This document shows, in pieces, positions 61,738 through 64,000 of a DNA stretch of 64,000 nucleotides (position 1 is its first letter; every line of letters begins with the position of its first letter). Location: positions 768,001 to 832,000 of the forward strand of contig CAVTCS010000003.1 of the NCBI GenBank assembly GCA_963733295.1. Reading direction: 5' to 3'. The stretch comes from Vulcanimicrobiota bacterium (GTDB lineage Bacteria; Vulcanimicrobiota; Vulcanimicrobiia; Vulcanimicrobiales; Vulcanimicrobiaceae). Under the pieces are notes generated by a model, which worked only from the letters and a program-made list of their open reading frames with translations, did no database searches and had not been told where the DNA came from. The position numbers and the translations under genes were made by a program.

Positions 61738-62496
61738 TTAATTGGGTGCGGGCTTGCGTGCGACGAGGGCCCACTTCGAGGTGATCTCGACGACGTCGCG
61801 CGACTGGACCGTGCTGTGCAGCGTCCCGTCGGCCTTGTCCAGCTTCCCCGCCACGACGTGAACGGAGGTGTGCAGGTTGAGGGTCAGCGGAAGACCCGCA
61901 CCCGAAGACATCGGCGCACTGGCGCCGGCTCCCGCGCTTGAGGCGTCGGGTTGCGTTGGAGGCGGAAGGTTCAACTGCGTCTTGATCTCGCCATTTGCCT
62001 GGATGTCGAAGTCGGTATCGGTGGCGGCGCTGACTTGCACCAGCACGGGAACGTCGACGCTTTGGCCGCGCGGCAGCGGTACGTTGACTTTTGTTTTCCA
62101 CGAGTCGCCTGACTTGAATGCCGGCGGCGCGGAGCCGACCAGCGTCGCGATCTGGTTGAAGCGCTCGAGCACGAAGGGTGGCTGGTCGGTGTCCGAAGTG
62201 ATGTCGAGGACCACGGTCCCATCTTTCGCCAAGACCACGTGGTAGGTTTCGTTCAGAGCCCCGTCCGGCAAGAAATCGAGTTCGAACGAGGCGTTTTTTC
62301 CGCGCACGAGATCGAAGCTGCCGTCCTCGTGATCTTCGCGCCCGGGTGTGTAGGTTGTCGAGGTGAAGTCGTAGATGGCTCGATCGCCGGGTTGGAGCGG
62401 AACGATTCCGATTCGGGTCGCCGCACCTGCAGCGCTGCATATGAGCAAGCCGAGAGTCGCGGCGACGAGACCTTTGGGAAGGCGAGAACGCGACAT
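61738..62496 (-). CDS. Secreted hypothetical protein
   Basis: Signal peptide from ATG 62496; K.GDSW motif, beta-rich. Confidence 0.7.
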   Translation of the reverse strand: MSRSRLPKGLVAATLGLLICSAAGAATRIGIVPLQPGDRAIYDFTSTTYTPGREDHEDGSFDLVRGKNASFELDFLPDGALNETYHVVLAKDGTVVLDITSDTDQPPFVLERFNQIATLVGSAPPAFKSGDSWKTKVNVPLPRGQSVDVPVLVQVSAATDTDFDIQANGEIKTQLNLPPPTQPDASSAGAGASAPMSSGAGLPLTLNLHTSVHVVAGKLDKADGTLHSTVQSRDVVEITSKWALVARKPAPN

Positions 62497-62506
62497 CGAT
62501 TTGCGC

Positions 62507-63253
62507 CTACTGCGAGCCCGCGGGCTGCAATTGCGCCGCGGCCGCTTTGTCGACGAACCAGTTGAGGATGCCCTCGACCGGCCGCACGATTTGAATCGGA
62601 TATGCGCTCGGATCGTATTCGGCGCCGAACACGTGCGCCAGCGCTTCGGCCTTTTCGTCTCCATCCGTCGCGATCGCGATCCGTCGCGCGGCGTTGATGA
62701 CCAGAGGTGTCAGGGTGATGCGGTAGGTCGCGAACTTTTCGACGTATGGCGAGCGTACGAGCAACTCGTCGTCGGTTAACGGATCCGTACCCGGAAAGAG
62801 CGAGGCCGTATGTGCGTCGGGGCCCATCCCCAGCATGATCAGGTCGAAACGCGGCAGCGTCCCGAGCTCCGCGCACAACGCGTCGGCGTACGTCCGGGCA
62901 GCGGTTGTCGGGTCGATCTCGCCCTGCATGCGGAATATCCGGGCGGGCGCGATTGCGCGCGGCGCGAGCAGCGTCGTGCTCGCCATTTTGAAATTGGACT
63001 GGTCGTCGTCGGGCGGTACGCAGCGCTCGTCGCCGAAGAAGAAGGAGATCTTCGACCAATCCAGGTCGTCGAACGCGTTCGTGGTCAGCAGCCGGTAGGC
63101 TGCGGCGGGCGTCGAACCTCCCGCCAGCGCGACGTAGAAGCTGCCGCGCACGTCGATCGCATGACGGGCGGTGTCGGCGAAGTGCTGCGCCACGCGCAAC
63201 GCGAGCGCACCCGCATCGTCGACGATTTGCAGGTTCGAAGGGGCGCCCGTCAC
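62507..63253 (-). CDS. pgl: 6-phosphogluconolactonase
   Basis: ALAGGSTP, FGDER.VP....SN, LGMG.D.HTASLFP, RITLT. Confidence 0.95.
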   Translation of the reverse strand: MTGAPSNLQIVDDAGALALRVAQHFADTARHAIDVRGSFYVALAGGSTPAAAYRLLTTNAFDDLDWSKISFFFGDERCVPPDDDQSNFKMASTTLLAPRAIAPARIFRMQGEIDPTTAARTYADALCAELGTLPRFDLIMLGMGPDAHTASLFPGTDPLTDDELLVRSPYVEKFATYRITLTPLVINAARRIAIATDGDEKAEALAHVFGAEYDPSAYPIQIVRPVEGILNWFVDKAAAAQLQPAGSQ

Positions 63254-64000
63254 CCGAGGATTTCGCGGACGGTGAGCAGCGACGTCTCGAAGATGTGGTC
63301 GCGGCGATCCTCGAGGATGGCCCGCTCGATCAACGACGTGTTGTCGATATTTTGGAGCGGCGCGAACCAGGGTGCCTTCGCGCGTTGTCCTTCGACGCGC
63401 AGCGCGACCACGGCGTCGTCGTCGCTGAGTTCGGCGATGTAGGTCGATCCGCTGCTGGTCAGTACGACGCGGCGCACGCGCCGTTTGTCGCCCTTCGTGA
63501 CGCGCGTGAAAGGGATGCTGCGTCCGTCGCGCGCGCGGAAGCTCTCGAGACCCGCGGACTCCCAGCTCAACCGGCTCGCGAGCCAGCCTCCGAGATACAG
63601 AGCTTCCGCTTCCGAACCGCTCTCGATGTCGAGTGAAGTGAGCGAGAAGAGATCGTCTCGCAGCGCCGGCTCGTCGAAGAACTGGGCGATCATATCCTGC
63701 CAGGGCGCCAGTCGCATAAAGGCCAGATCGTGGAGCGACACGTCGGGAAAACGCGACAAGAACTCGCCGAGTTCGCGGATCGTCTCGGCGCCGGCCGCCA
63801 TGCCGGAAGAATCGACCAGAACGCTCGACGCCTGCTCGGTGAGGCCGCCGAAGGTACGGCTCTGCAGCAAACGCGCGCCGGACCACCAGAGGATCGTCGG
63901 AATTTCGGGCACCGAGAGCTCCTCGACGAGAGTGTGGATCGAGCCGTGTCCCACGTCGCCGACGGCGATGTCGACGCGTTCCATGATCGTCGTGGCCCCG
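63250..64000 (-). CDS. opcA: Glucose-6-phosphate dehydrogenase assembly protein (5'-truncated)
   Basis: P.IP..LWW, VDS, DL...RL.PW...IAQ.FD, GWLASRL.W; adjacent to pgl. Confidence 0.88.
   Translation of the reverse strand, partial: GATTIMERVDIAVGDVGHGSIHTLVEELSVPEIPTILWWSGARLLQSRTFGGLTEQASSVLVDSSGMAAGAETIRELGEFLSRFPDVSLHDLAFMRLAPWQDMIAQFFDEPALRDDLFSLTSLDIESGSEAEALYLGGWLASRLSWESAGLESFRARDGRSIPFTRVTKGDKRRVRRVVLTSSGSTYIAELSDDDAVVALRVEGQRAKAPWFAPLQNIDNTSLIERAILEDRRDHIFETSLLTVREILG

Overview
GC-rich, gene-dense bacterial chromosomal window. Diderm envelope genes (TonB-dependent receptor, TolC, RND) occur together with ClpC, OpcA and a split methylmalonyl-CoA mutase, which suggests Ca. Eremiobacterota/WPS-2 or a similar lineage (inference only). 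Recognisable blocks are: a SARP regulator; a RAPP-tailed membrane ORF followed by a frameshifted TonB receptor; an orphan RND pump; a TrmB regulator; a peptidoglycan-recycling operon (nagZ, serine hydrolase, anmK, BadF kinase, murQ) plus DUF4127; a propionyl-CoA carboxylase/mutase cluster with fabI inserted; an ALDH; two LIV-type ABC systems; clpC plus a SWIM/SNF2 helicase; an acyl-CoA synthetase; a WYL regulator; TetR-EmrAB-TolC; pgl and opcA. I found no tRNA, rRNA, CRISPR array or transposase. The most interesting unannotated signals are four. (1) A ~190-nt structured ncRNA candidate with a near-consensus sigma70 promoter, convergent on the WYL gene. (2) A candidate RAPP ribosome-arrest sensor upstream of the TonB receptor. 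(3) A Cys4-cluster TrmB with two matching GTAGT-N10-ACTAC operators overlapping -10 boxes, one of which drives a deleted cytochrome c gene. (4) A 35-aa small protein with a perfect SD and an ECF-type promoter.
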